Shown: piece by piece, positions 1 through 7,868 of the stretch | Layout of the letters: every line of letters begins with the position of its first letter | Position numbering within the stretch: position 1 is the stretch's first letter | IMG/VR virus record: IMGVR_UViG_3300031539_000159 | Strand: one strand, 5' to 3' | Source of the DNA: a virus | DNA: 34,008 nt | Program-made: the position numbers and the translations under genes | The notes under the pieces: model-generated | The model's input: the letters and a program-made list of their open reading frames with translations, nothing else | What the model was told of the DNA's origin: nothing | The model's database searches: none

Positions 1-127
1 GGGGGTTCAAAATGACAATGGGACATTGTAAGCATGGGGAATTCGAACTGACGAAAGGTTGTCCGCAATGTATCGCGGAACGCCAGGCGGCCCAGGAACG
101 GGAAGACGCCGAAGTCAATTCGCCCGA
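1..127. repeat. Terminal overlap: bases 1-127 are identical to 33882-34008, a circular-assembly signature
   Basis: Read directly from the sequence. Both copies start GGGGGTTCAAAATGACAATGG and end TCAATTCGCCCGA. 127 nt equals a commonly used maximal assembler k-mer. Confidence 0.9.
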
Positions 128-1331
128 CAATATCGGGAAGCGAATCAAGGAAGCCGAAGAAGCCGTCGCGGGGAAGGAAGTCCCGCGCCTTATCGTCAAG
201 GTCCAGTACCTTGACAGTTCCGACATTCCAGCGAAGGGGCGGGATTATTCTTACTTCACGGCGGAACCGCTGGCCGTCGGCGATAAGGTCCACGTACCCG
301 TTTATAACCGCGTCCAGAAGGCAATTGTCACAGCGATTGACGTTCCCGAATCCGAAATTGCCGCTTTCAGGGACAAGGTCAAAACCATTCCCGCGGGGTC
401 GAAGCTGACCGACCAGGGACCGACGGCCCAGGCCGCGGAAGAAGGGGCGGCGCGCAATCCTGAAGACGTCGTTCTTTGCGTCCACGGGGAAGACGCGAAC
501 ACTTGCCACGAATGCCAGGTCGAACGTGAACGGGATTGGTTGAATGCGAAGAAGACCGCTGAAGGTTACGGGACCATGTCGGGGTCAATGCCCGAACCGC
601 CCCAGGAAGAATTCAAGGGCGTTCCGTTCGGCGAAGGCGTCGTCGCGACTTCTTCGGAAGAACAAAAGCCGCCCGCCCTGGTCGTTATTGAAACCCAGGT
701 CGGCAAGCCCGCCCCTGAATTGCTTCGACTTTACCTGGAAGCCGCTTCCCTTCTTCGGATTGCGAAAGCGCGGACCATAACCACGAACGAAGACCTGAAG
801 CCCGCGACTGACGACCTGGCAATTATCTTGACTTGTCGAAAGGCCATGTCCGCCAGGAAGACGGAACTATACGGCCCGCTGAAGGCAAAGCTTGACCTGG
901 TCAACCAGTCATTCAACGACATTATGTTTCCCGTCCTGGAAGCCGACCGAATAACCAGGGACCAGGTAAACACCTTTGACAATGAGCAACGCCGCAAGGC
1001 CGCCGAAGCGAAACGTATCGAAGACGAAAAGTTCCGACTGGCCCAGGAAGAAGCAAAGCTGAACGGGACGGGGGAAATAACGGTTCCCCTGGGGACCGCC
1101 CAGGTCCCGCCGCCAGTCCCGAAGAACGTCCGAACGGAAATGGGGACCCTGGGGGGAAGGGACAACTGGAAAGCCCGCGTCGTTGACTTCAAGTTACTGG
1201 ACGACCAATGGAAGATTGCGAACGAATCCCTTCTGAATAGTCACGCGCGGACAACGAAGGGAACGCGCCCGATTCCAGGGGTCGAATTCTACAATGACCG
1301 AAGTGTCACAGTCCGAACCAGGGGGAATTGA
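12..1331 (+). CDS. Hypothetical protein with two Cys/His zinc-ribbon-like clusters and a coiled-coil C-terminal half
   Basis: 439-aa ORF. An AAGGGGG SD lies 7 nt upstream, visible in the duplicate copy at 33880-33892. It carries CKH..CPQC and CVH..CHEC clusters and a Lys/Glu/Ala-rich coiled coil followed by a beta-rich C-terminus. The C-terminal layout loosely recalls Mu Gam-type proteins, but this is unverified. Confidence 0.65.
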   Translation: MTMGHCKHGEFELTKGCPQCIAERQAAQEREDAEVNSPDNIGKRIKEAEEAVAGKEVPRLIVKVQYLDSSDIPAKGRDYSYFTAEPLAVGDKVHVPVYNRVQKAIVTAIDVPESEIAAFRDKVKTIPAGSKLTDQGPTAQAAEEGAARNPEDVVLCVHGEDANTCHECQVERERDWLNAKKTAEGYGTMSGSMPEPPQEEFKGVPFGEGVVATSSEEQKPPALVVIETQVGKPAPELLRLYLEAASLLRIAKARTITTNEDLKPATDDLAIILTCRKAMSARKTELYGPLKAKLDLVNQSFNDIMFPVLEADRITRDQVNTFDNEQRRKAAEAKRIEDEKFRLAQEEAKLNGTGEITVPLGTAQVPPPVPKNVRTEMGTLGGRDNWKARVVDFKLLDDQWKIANESLLNSHARTTKGTRPIPGVEFYNDRSVTVRTRGN

Positions 1332-1332
1332 C

Positions 1333-1470
1333 ATGGCCGACAAGTCGAAAGTCAAAGCGTGGTTGTTCCTTCTTCTGTCAAAAGTTGAAAGCGACGAAAT
1401 CGAAGACGCGAACTTGAAGGAAAGCGGGAAGACAATCACAGTCGAAATAAAATTCAAAAGGGGGAAATGA
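1333..1470 (+). CDS. Small hypothetical protein (45 aa)
   Basis: ATG lies 2 nt after the previous stop. AGGGGGA SD lies 6 nt upstream. It fills the gap before the next gene and falls below the ORF-track length cutoff. Confidence 0.4.
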   Translation: MADKSKVKAWLFLLLSKVESDEIEDANLKESGKTITVEIKFKRGK

Positions 1471-1474
1471 ACCA

Positions 1475-2080
1475 ATGACGAAGAAACTATCCGACCAGGC
1501 AAAGAAGGAAAAGAAGGAAATCAGGAAACAGCAAAAGGCGGCGTCGAAGACCGTCAAAACCGTTACCCAACCGAAGCATGAAGACCCGCCCGCGGAACCC
1601 GTGAATCTTTGCGACGATTGCGCGTACGAATACGGGGAATGTGAAGGCAAGCCGAAGTTCGCTTCCGACCAGGACGAAACCCTGACGGGGCCGGAAGCCG
1701 ACCGCGTTATCGAGTGCCCCGCCTTCGTCAACGTCGCCGCAATGCCGACCGCCCAGGAAGCGGCCGCGCCAGGTCCCGCGGCCGCTGAAGTAAAGGACCA
1801 GGGGGAAGGTCCCGACGCGGCCCATGACGGCGGCGACAAAGGTACCGCCGAAGCTGAAGAAGAACCGGAACCGGAAGTCAAGGTTATCCGGACGGACCTT
1901 CCGAAAGGGCCGGACCCGAAACGATTCCAGGCGGAAGAAGATTTCGGGGCTTGCCAGTCATGCGAAAGGCCCCTGAAGCGGACGGCCTTCAACCGATACC
2001 AGGACGCGGTCCGTTGTACGAACGTCCGTTGTCGGGCTTACCGCGCCGTCGTCAAAACAATATCGTCGGGGGTAAGATAA
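1475..2080 (+). CDS. Hypothetical protein with a Lys-rich N-terminus and Cys-rich motifs
   Basis: 201-aa ORF with AAAGGGGGA upstream. It has a CDDC..C.C cluster and a C-terminal CQSC..C..RC zinc-ribbon-like motif. Confidence 0.65.
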   Translation: MTKKLSDQAKKEKKEIRKQQKAASKTVKTVTQPKHEDPPAEPVNLCDDCAYEYGECEGKPKFASDQDETLTGPEADRVIECPAFVNVAAMPTAQEAAAPGPAAAEVKDQGEGPDAAHDGGDKGTAEAEEEPEPEVKVIRTDLPKGPDPKRFQAEEDFGACQSCERPLKRTAFNRYQDAVRCTNVRCRAYRAVVKTISSGVR

Positions 2081-2081
2081 C

Positions 2082-2993
2082 ATGGCGACCGATAAGAAGA
2101 TATTCCCGAAACAGCAACTTGAAATCGTCCAGGTCCAGGACCCGAAATCATATTCAGGCGGGACGAAGACGCTTCTTCCCGTCATGGCGAAGAACCTTTC
2201 ACTTGCCGAAGGCGACCCTGGATTTGGGAAGTCCTGGAAATATACCGTCTTCAACCAGGACCTTCAGGACCATATCAAGGGCTTGAAGGTTGGGGACCGC
2301 CGCCTTTGTGACATTGAAGAACACGAACGCCCCGACAGCGAATACGGGCCCGACCGGAACATTGTCCAGATATACGTTGAAGGGAAACCAGTATCACAGA
2401 AGAAGGGCGGCGGCGGCGGATATGGCAAGTCGCCCGAAATGATTCGCCTGGAACACGAACTTGACCTGGTCCTGGAAGGCGTGAAGCGCCGGTCCATTGA
2501 AGGGCAAACAGCAATCGCCCAGGTCGGGGCCGTCTTATCTTGTCCGAACCCGATACCTGGGGAAGCCCTGGGAATTGACGAAGAAGGCTGGTTCCGTATC
2601 CTGGACAAATACTGGCTGGCCGTGGAAAGGTCCCTGGACGTTTTCCTGGCCGAACCGAAGGCCCAGGAACCCGCGCCGAAGCGTGACCAGCGGGCCCAGG
2701 ATACGCAAGGGAAGGGTTCAAAGGCCGCGGCGGTAGTTTCCCATGACATACACAATCCGCCCGTCGAAAAGAAGAACCCGCCGCCTGACCCCGTGAAACA
2801 CGTCGGGGACCTTTTGACCAGGTCGTTGAAGTTGAAGCCGCCGGTTACGCGGGACGAACTTTGCGTCGGGGTAAACGTCAATGACCCGAAGGAAATCAAG
2901 GACCTGGAAGCGGCTTGGAAAACCGCCCAGGAATTAAGCGCGTCGAAGGTCCAGGGTAAGCCGAAGGCGGACGAAGAACAATTACCCTTCTGA
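2082..2993 (+). CDS. Hypothetical protein (possible OB-fold DNA-binding protein, speculative)
   Basis: 303-aa ORF starting 1 nt after the previous stop, with GGGGGTAAG SD. The beta-rich N-terminal half is followed by a GGGGGYG linker. Confidence 0.55.
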   Translation: MATDKKIFPKQQLEIVQVQDPKSYSGGTKTLLPVMAKNLSLAEGDPGFGKSWKYTVFNQDLQDHIKGLKVGDRRLCDIEEHERPDSEYGPDRNIVQIYVEGKPVSQKKGGGGGYGKSPEMIRLEHELDLVLEGVKRRSIEGQTAIAQVGAVLSCPNPIPGEALGIDEEGWFRILDKYWLAVERSLDVFLAEPKAQEPAPKRDQRAQDTQGKGSKAAAVVSHDIHNPPVEKKNPPPDPVKHVGDLLTRSLKLKPPVTRDELCVGVNVNDPKEIKDLEAAWKTAQELSASKVQGKPKADEEQLPF

Positions 2994-3002
2994 AAACGGG
3001 GC

Positions 3003-3032
3003 TTGACATTGCCGACACAACGGCGTTACAAT
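3003..3032 (+). promoter_or_regulatory. Sigma70-type promoter P1 (TTGACA-18 nt-TACAAT)
   Basis: TTGACA at 3003-3008 and TACAAT at 3027-3032, in the 65-nt gap before gene 3059. It shares GGGGCTTGACA with P2. Confidence 0.65.
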
Positions 3033-3058
3033 CTGAAAAACGAAAGGGGGGGGTTCAC

Positions 3059-3250
3059 ATGGTAAGCACAGAACACAAAAAGGGAAAGGTTGACCCCGCG
3101 AAGGTCGTTCGGAACTGGCGAATCCTGAAGGCGGTTGACCACAATCTACACTTGGAAGCCGCGAAGCGGGGCTTCAATTCGGTACCCGCCTTCCTGAATA
3201 ACCTTCTGACCCGATTCTTCGACGGCGAAACTATCAAGCGCGACCCGTAA
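3059..3250 (+). CDS. Ribbon-helix-helix-like small DNA-binding protein (candidate transcriptional regulator)
   Basis: 63 aa and the first gene after P1. The pattern WRILKAV (strand), HNLHLEAAKRG (helix), FNS, VPAFLNNLLTRFF (helix) fits the Arc/CopG layout. Confidence 0.45.
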   Translation: MVSTEHKKGKVDPAKVVRNWRILKAVDHNLHLEAAKRGFNSVPAFLNNLLTRFFDGETIKRDP

Positions 3251-3297
3251 ATCAAAAATGCGGGTCGCTTTTCATTTCCGAAAGGGGGAATAATTCA

Positions 3298-3996
3298 ATG
3301 GCAAAGACTGACAAGTCCACAAAGCCCGAACCCAAAGCCACGAAGACCCCGAAGGCCGAAGCGGTCCAACCGCTGAAGGTCGAAATCACCTTCCCGTCAA
3401 TCGCGGACCTGAAGCAAGCCCTGGCGTTCGACGGCGACGGGAACCTTATAATTGCCGTCCAGTTCAAGGCCCGCGTTGACCAGTACGAAATCTTCCGCCT
3501 GGTCAATCTTCTGAAGCAACCACACGGGACCTTGTACGCCATAATCGGAAGCCCGCAATCGGCAATGGACTTCAAGTTCGACACGAAGAAGGACAAGGTC
3601 GAAATAATCAAAGCGGCAAAGGCCCTTCCCCAGGGGAAGACCCAGGAACCGGCCGCGGAAGCGACCGACCAGGGCGGAACCGTTGTCAAGATTCACGCGG
3701 CGACCTTCAACCATATCCCCGACGAAGAAAAGCCGTTCGGCGTATGTATTGATTTCGTCAACGGGGACGGGGAAATCAGAACGGTTGCTGACCGCGGAAT
3801 GAATCCGACCGAAGCGGTCCTGGCGGGCGTGAAGGCGACCAACGCCTTTCCCGACAACGTGAAGGAACCATTCGAAGTCATGGCCGCGCTGGAATTACTC
3901 GACCCGTCGCCTGAAGCTTACAAACTCATTCGGGTACTCGAAGTCGGGTCATTTGACGAAGAACCTGTTCAGGAAGAAGGCGAAAAGGGGGAATAA
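3298..3996 (+). CDS. Hypothetical protein
   Basis: 232-aa ORF with CGAAAGGGGGAA SD. No recognisable motif. Confidence 0.65.
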   Translation: MAKTDKSTKPEPKATKTPKAEAVQPLKVEITFPSIADLKQALAFDGDGNLIIAVQFKARVDQYEIFRLVNLLKQPHGTLYAIIGSPQSAMDFKFDTKKDKVEIIKAAKALPQGKTQEPAAEATDQGGTVVKIHAATFNHIPDEEKPFGVCIDFVNGDGEIRTVADRGMNPTEAVLAGVKATNAFPDNVKEPFEVMAALELLDPSPEAYKLIRVLEVGSFDEEPVQEEGEKGE

Positions 3997-3999
3997 CGC

Positions 4000-4725
4000 A
4001 TGGGGGCCGAAAGTCGGTTACTATACGACGAACGGCCCCTGGTTGTCATTCCCGAACTGGCCGTCGTTGTCGGGCTTAATAGTGCCATTGCCCTTCAACA
4101 AGTCCATTATTGGGTAAGAATCAACCAGCGGGCCGATAAGAATTTTCGCGAAGGTTACTACTGGACATATAATACTTACGAAGCCTGGCGTGAACAATTC
4201 CCCTTTTGGTCCATTTCAACGGTCAAGCGAATCTTCATGGAACTGGAAGCGGACGGCCTTATCGTGACCGGAAGTTATAACCGACTTCCGATTGACCGGA
4301 CGAAGTGGTACCGCATAAATTACGACCGCCTGGGCGAATGTGTCAAATTGATACAATGGTCGGGTCAGAATGAACCAATGGTGAGCTCAAAATGGCCTCA
4401 TGGTCGGCTCAATTTGACCTCACCATTACCAGAGATTAAAACAGAGATTACAACAGAGAATAGGGTTATAGAGATATGGACCGAAACTTTGGAACAACTG
4501 AAGCTTCAAGTCAGCAAGGCGAATTTCCGAACCTGGTTGAAGGATATTGTCCCGCTTTCATTCGACGGCGAAGCTTTCGTCGTCGGGGCCAAAAGCACCT
4601 TCATTGCCGAATACCTGAACCATAATCAGCGGTCCCTTGTTGAAAAGACCTTGACCGAAGTTGTCGGCCAGGCCGTCATATTCGTATGTCAGGTCGCGCC
4701 GGTCAAGGAAGGGATAAAAACATGA
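4000..4725 (+). CDS. Replication initiator/organizer: N-terminal winged-HTH domain plus C-terminal DnaA-domain-I-like domain
   Basis: The N-terminus (ALQQVHYW...YWTYNTYEAWREQFPFWSISTVKRIFMELEADGLIV) matches the phage replisome-organizer/DnaD-like wHTH pattern. The C-terminus (IWTETLEQLKLQVSKANFRTWLKDIVPLSFDGEAFVVGAKSTFIAEYL...VIFV) matches the DnaA N-terminal domain pattern. Confidence 0.7.
   Translation: MGAESRLLYDERPLVVIPELAVVVGLNSAIALQQVHYWVRINQRADKNFREGYYWTYNTYEAWREQFPFWSISTVKRIFMELEADGLIVTGSYNRLPIDRTKWYRINYDRLGECVKLIQWSGQNEPMVSSKWPHGRLNLTSPLPEIKTEITTENRVIEIWTETLEQLKLQVSKANFRTWLKDIVPLSFDGEAFVVGAKSTFIAEYLNHNQRSLVEKTLTEVVGQAVIFVCQVAPVKEGIKT
4342..4418. repeat. 10-bp inverted repeat GTCAAATTGA / TCAATTTGAC flanking the ori-like segment
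   Basis: Arms at 4342-4351 and 4409-4418 are perfect reverse complements. ATGGTCGG recurs between them (about 4356 and 4400). Confidence 0.6.
4430..4476 (+). repeat. Candidate origin iterons: four CAGAGATTA-like direct repeats with 12-12-15 bp spacing
   Basis: CAGAGATTA at 4430 and 4442, CAGAGAATA at 4454, ATAGAGATA at 4468. They lie in an AT-rich patch within the interdomain linker of the initiator gene. Confidence 0.55.
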
Positions 4726-4916
4726 AACCGAAAGTTATTGTCCGCGGCCGCGACCCGAATTGCGTCCATTATTCGGATATAGTCGGTACTATCGGGACGT
4801 GTCGGGAATGCGGTCAAGTCGTTGATTACCGTCCCTGTCAGGAAGGGAAGAACGAATTACTGGCCGCGAAGGGAAGGAAGGGGGGAAAGGCGTATGCCGC
4901 GATTTATAGCGATTGA
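4722..4916 (+). CDS. Small zinc-ribbon protein (64 aa)
   Basis: ATGA overlap with the previous stop. C..H...CRECG motif. The start is moved inward from ORF-track 4686. Confidence 0.5.
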   Translation: MKPKVIVRGRDPNCVHYSDIVGTIGTCRECGQVVDYRPCQEGKNELLAAKGRKGGKAYAAIYSD

Positions 4917-5394
4917 CCCTTCGACGACGTTCACGGGTTGGGCCGTGTTCCAGGACCAGGGGCTTATCGCCTGGGGGAAGATTGATTCCAGGAAGATTCC
5001 GTACGCCGACCGATTCCCCTTCATTATCGGCGAACTGTCAAGGCGGGCGTCGCAATACGGCGCCCAGGAAGTCGCAATCGAAGACGTCAAATTTGCCTGG
5101 CATTCGAAGAACCGGCTTCGGAATATCGCTGGACTTCAGGTCGTCTTCCGGTCAATCCAGGAATGGGCGAAGGGAATGGACTATCCCCTGGCGCCCTATA
5201 ATCCCGCGACCTGGAAGAACGCCGTCGTCGGGGCTTACGCCGCCCCGAAGGAAATCACGAAGAACAATATCCGGTACCGCTTTCCAGCGGTCCCCGACGA
5301 CTTGACCGACCATGAGTACGACGCAATCGCAATCGGGGTTTACCACGGCGGGCTTCGGTTCCTGGAAGCCCTGGCGGAAGGGGGGACGAATTGA
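4894..5394 (+). CDS. ruvC: RuvC-like Holliday junction resolvase
   Basis: FIAIDPSTTFTGWAV (Asp1), VAIEDV (Glu), KNAVVGAYAAPKE and HEYDAIAIGVYH (His/Asp) match RuvC catalytic motifs. AAGGGGGGAAAGG SD precedes the ATG at 4894. Confidence 0.8.
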   Translation: MPRFIAIDPSTTFTGWAVFQDQGLIAWGKIDSRKIPYADRFPFIIGELSRRASQYGAQEVAIEDVKFAWHSKNRLRNIAGLQVVFRSIQEWAKGMDYPLAPYNPATWKNAVVGAYAAPKEITKNNIRYRFPAVPDDLTDHEYDAIAIGVYHGGLRFLEALAEGGTN

Positions 5395-5600
5395 CAGCAA
5401 TCCTTATCACAGCGACCGCCGAACATGATTGCGAACGATATTCCATTTGTCGGAAGCGTATCCTGGTCGGGGACCGCGCAATCAAGGCGACGGCCCGCCG
5501 TTCAAATTGCGGGGAATCCTATCCCGTGACCGTTTACTATCACGAAGCTTGTTATCAGGAACGCTTCGAATCACGAATGAAAGGGGGGAAGACGAAATGA
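5391..5600 (+). CDS. Small Cys/His-containing hypothetical protein
   Basis: 69 aa with a TTG start in a TTGA overlap with the ruvC stop. Carries C..C...C..HEAC residues. Confidence 0.45.
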   Translation: MTAILITATAEHDCERYSICRKRILVGDRAIKATARRSNCGESYPVTVYYHEACYQERFESRMKGGKTK

Positions 5601-5899
5601 ACATATTCGACGAACTGGACGCGGCCCTGGCCGACGTGAAGAAGGAAGCCGCAAAGGTCCAGAATGAAGTCGCCGCGTTGCGTCGGGAACGTGACGGCGA
5701 AGTGTGGTACTGGCAAGGCGACGGGGGCGACAAACTGGAAAGCCTGACTTGTCCCGTTCTTATCGAAGCCGAAGACCTTCGCGCTATATTGGCAAGGACG
5801 GCCAGGTTCAAAAAAGCTATACAGGAATTGGAAGCTGAACAATGTTACGGGTTCCCGTCACTTTGGGAAGCATTGTCGGAAGGGGATAAAAAACAATGA
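5597..5899 (+). CDS. Hypothetical coiled-coil protein (Ea22-like C-terminal motif, tentative)
   Basis: ATGA overlap and AAGGGGGGAAG SD. The WYWQGDGGDKLESLTCPVLIEAEDLR motif recalls the ead/Ea22-like family, from recollection only. Confidence 0.5.
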   Translation: MNIFDELDAALADVKKEAAKVQNEVAALRRERDGEVWYWQGDGGDKLESLTCPVLIEAEDLRAILARTARFKKAIQELEAEQCYGFPSLWEALSEGDKKQ

Positions 5900-6705
5900 T
5901 ATACGAAACCAAAGGGCGCGCCAGGGAATACTTCGAACTGGCGGCGAATCTATATTCGGGTTGCGAACACGCTTGCCGGTATTGTTACGGGGCGGACGTG
6001 ACCCGAAAGGACCCGAAGGAATTCTTCGGGCGGGCGGTTCCCAGGGAAAACGTCCTGGAAGAACTGGAAAAGGACGCGGCCAGGCTTGCCAGGAAGAACG
6101 AAATCCGCCATATCCTTTTGTCGTTCGTGACCGACCCGTATCAACCCCTGGAAGAAAAGCTGAACATTACCAGGCGGGCAATTCAGATATTACACAGATA
6201 CGACTTGCCAGTCGCAATTCTTACGAAGGGGGGCTTTCGGGCGACCAGGGACTTCGACCTTTTGACTACAAAGGATAGGTTAGATATTTTGAGTACGGAA
6301 GACTTATTTGGCGTTACCTTGACCTTCATGGACCCGCGCCGGTCGCGGACCTGGGAACCAGGGGCGGCCCTTCCGGTTGACCGAATGAAAAGCCTGGACG
6401 ACGCACACGCCCGCGGGATTCCGACCTGGGTATCCCTGGAACCCGTCATTGACCCCGCCGAATCGCTGGCCCTGATTGAAGCGACGGCGAAATTCGTTGA
6501 CGTCTTCAAGGTCGGGACCCTGAATTATCCGAACAAGCTTCCCTGGGATTTACGGGACCAGGTAAGGGGGATTGACTGGAAGAACTTCGCGCGGAACGCC
6601 GTCCTTTTGCTGGACCGCCTGGGGGCGAATTACTATATCAAAAAGGACCTGGCGCGGCATATCGGAAAGCCCGAAGGAATAACAAAAGGAAATGTCCCGA
6701 CGTGA
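5896..6705 (+). CDS. Radical SAM enzyme, DNA-repair-photolyase/SplB (COG1533)-like
   Basis: CEHACRYC (CX3CX2C) lies near the N-terminus after an ELAANLYSG segment. The downstream SFVTDPYQPLE motif is typical of the SPL-like family. ATGA overlap at the start. Confidence 0.7.
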   Translation: MIYETKGRAREYFELAANLYSGCEHACRYCYGADVTRKDPKEFFGRAVPRENVLEELEKDAARLARKNEIRHILLSFVTDPYQPLEEKLNITRRAIQILHRYDLPVAILTKGGFRATRDFDLLTTKDRLDILSTEDLFGVTLTFMDPRRSRTWEPGAALPVDRMKSLDDAHARGIPTWVSLEPVIDPAESLALIEATAKFVDVFKVGTLNYPNKLPWDLRDQVRGIDWKNFARNAVLLLDRLGANYYIKKDLARHIGKPEGITKGNVPT

Positions 6706-6811
6706 TAAGGATAAACCGCCAAAACCAAAGCCGCCGAAGAAGCCGAAGAAGCCGAAGAAGGGCGAACTGTCAAGCGGCGCGGGGGCATTGGTTCGGGAAG
6801 GTATAATATAA
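6692..6811 (+). CDS. Possible 39-aa Lys/Pro-rich basic micro-protein
   Basis: ATG with AAAGGA upstream. It encodes MSRRDKDKPPKPKPPKKPKKPKKG... and contains the 9-bp tandem repeat. It would otherwise leave a 126-nt gap. Confidence 0.25.
   Translation: MSRRDKDKPPKPKPPKKPKKPKKGELSSGAGALVREGII
6733..6759 (+). repeat. Perfect 9-bp tandem repeat (GCCGAAGAA) x3
   Basis: Read directly: 6733-6741, 6742-6750, 6751-6759. Confidence 0.9.
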
Positions 6812-6831
6812 CCGAAAGGGGGAATTGAAGA

Positions 6832-7038
6832 ATGGATATTATCGTTTGTTCAGAATGCGGACAAGGCATGGCGCGAATGGAAATGGTAAACGGGGTCGAA
6901 AAGGACTGGTCCAACGATACGCCCGTTTGCCCCGTTTGCCGCGGGGTACCTGGCGCGACGCCGCTGGTCCGGAAGCGCGACGTCCTGGGGGGCTTTCCCT
7001 GGAAGCGGGACCCGTCGGGGAAGAAGGTCGCGAAGTGA
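6832..7038 (+). CDS. Small zinc-ribbon protein (68 aa)
   Basis: CSEC...CPVC pairs. ACCGAAAGGGGGAA SD. Confidence 0.6.
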   Translation: MDIIVCSECGQGMARMEMVNGVEKDWSNDTPVCPVCRGVPGATPLVRKRDVLGGFPWKRDPSGKKVAK

Positions 7039-7151
7039 AGATTTTAGTCGCGTCAATCCTTTTCGCCTTGTGGTCAGGCATTATAATTTATCAGATAATT
7101 GGCGCCAGGCGCGCAAGGCGTCGAATGAATCGGGAAAGGGGGACGAAGTGA
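7035..7151 (+). CDS. 38-aa single-pass membrane peptide
   Basis: GTG start in a GTGA overlap. ILVASILFALWSGIIIYQIIG hydrophobic helix followed by an RRARRR tail. Confidence 0.4.
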   Translation: MKILVASILFALWSGIIIYQIIGARRARRRMNRERGTK

Positions 7152-7669
7152 ATATCGGCGGAAGCATAAGTGGGGCAATCTTCGGCGACGGCCGCCGATT
7201 CCGTTATGCGCTTTGGCGAAGGTGGAAGAATTCCCCGAAGAACCTGGACGCGCTTCTTTTCATTGGCTTGAACCCGTCCACGGCCAACGGGACGAAGGAC
7301 GACCCGACCGTCGTCCGCATGATAAACTTCGCGAAGTCCTGGGGATTCGGCGGCCTATTCGTCGGGAACCTTTTCAGTATCGTTTCGGCCGACCCCGCCG
7401 TCCTTCTGACGGACACGTCGAAGGAATTATACGGCGGTCCGAACGACGCGGCAATCAAGCAAATGCGGAACCTTTGTTCCCTGGTCGTCGTCGGTTGGGG
7501 GGAATTCGGAAAGCGTGTCGGGTACCGGCCCGCGGCGGTCCTGGACCTGGTCGGGGAACCCGTTTATTGTATCAAGTTGAACCGTTCGGGCGAACCGTCA
7601 CACCCGTTATATTTACCAGGTAATTCGAAGTTGATTCGATATTACCGAAAGGGGGCTTGCCATGAATAA
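7148..7669 (+). CDS. DUF1643-like protein
   Basis: RFRYALWRRW...LLFIGLNPSTANGTKDDPTVVRMINFAKSWGFGGLFVGNLF matches my recollection of the DUF1643 signature. GTG start with AAAGGGGGA SD and a GTGA overlap. Confidence 0.6.
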   Translation: MNIGGSISGAIFGDGRRFRYALWRRWKNSPKNLDALLFIGLNPSTANGTKDDPTVVRMINFAKSWGFGGLFVGNLFSIVSADPAVLLTDTSKELYGGPNDAAIKQMRNLCSLVVVGWGEFGKRVGYRPAAVLDLVGEPVYCIKLNRSGEPSHPLYLPGNSKLIRYYRKGACHE

Positions 7670-7868
7670 GGCCCTGAACTTCAGCGAATTACCCGAAGAA
7701 ACGAAGAAGCAACTGGCGGGCGTGATTGGCGTTATCCCTGGGAAGTGGGAAGTTTACGCGAAAGTTTGGCTTCTGCTAATATCGTTGAATTCGCTGGCCG
7801 ACGCGAAGTGGGTCGTCAATAGACTTCGCCGCATACTGGATAACATGGGTAAGAAGGGGGAAGCATGA
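7662..7868 (+). CDS. Hypothetical protein (68 aa)
   Basis: CGAAAGGGGGC SD. Overlaps the previous gene by 8 nt. Confidence 0.55.
   Translation: MNKALNFSELPEETKKQLAGVIGVIPGKWEVYAKVWLLLISLNSLADAKWVVNRLRRILDNMGKKGEA

Noticed and set aside
1-127. The 127-bp direct terminal repeat as a biological DTR (T7-like ends).
   Set aside because: The length equals a standard assembler k-mer, and the repeat boundary falls inside a coding sequence with no terminus-like features. An assembly overlap of a circular or circularly permuted genome is more parsimonious.
6825-7151. 108-aa ORF overlapping the 6832 zinc-ribbon gene in another frame.
   Set aside because: Its first two thirds are Arg/Gly-rich out-of-frame sequence of gene 6832. 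Only the last 38 codons (GTG 7035), which encode a clean TM helix, look genuine.
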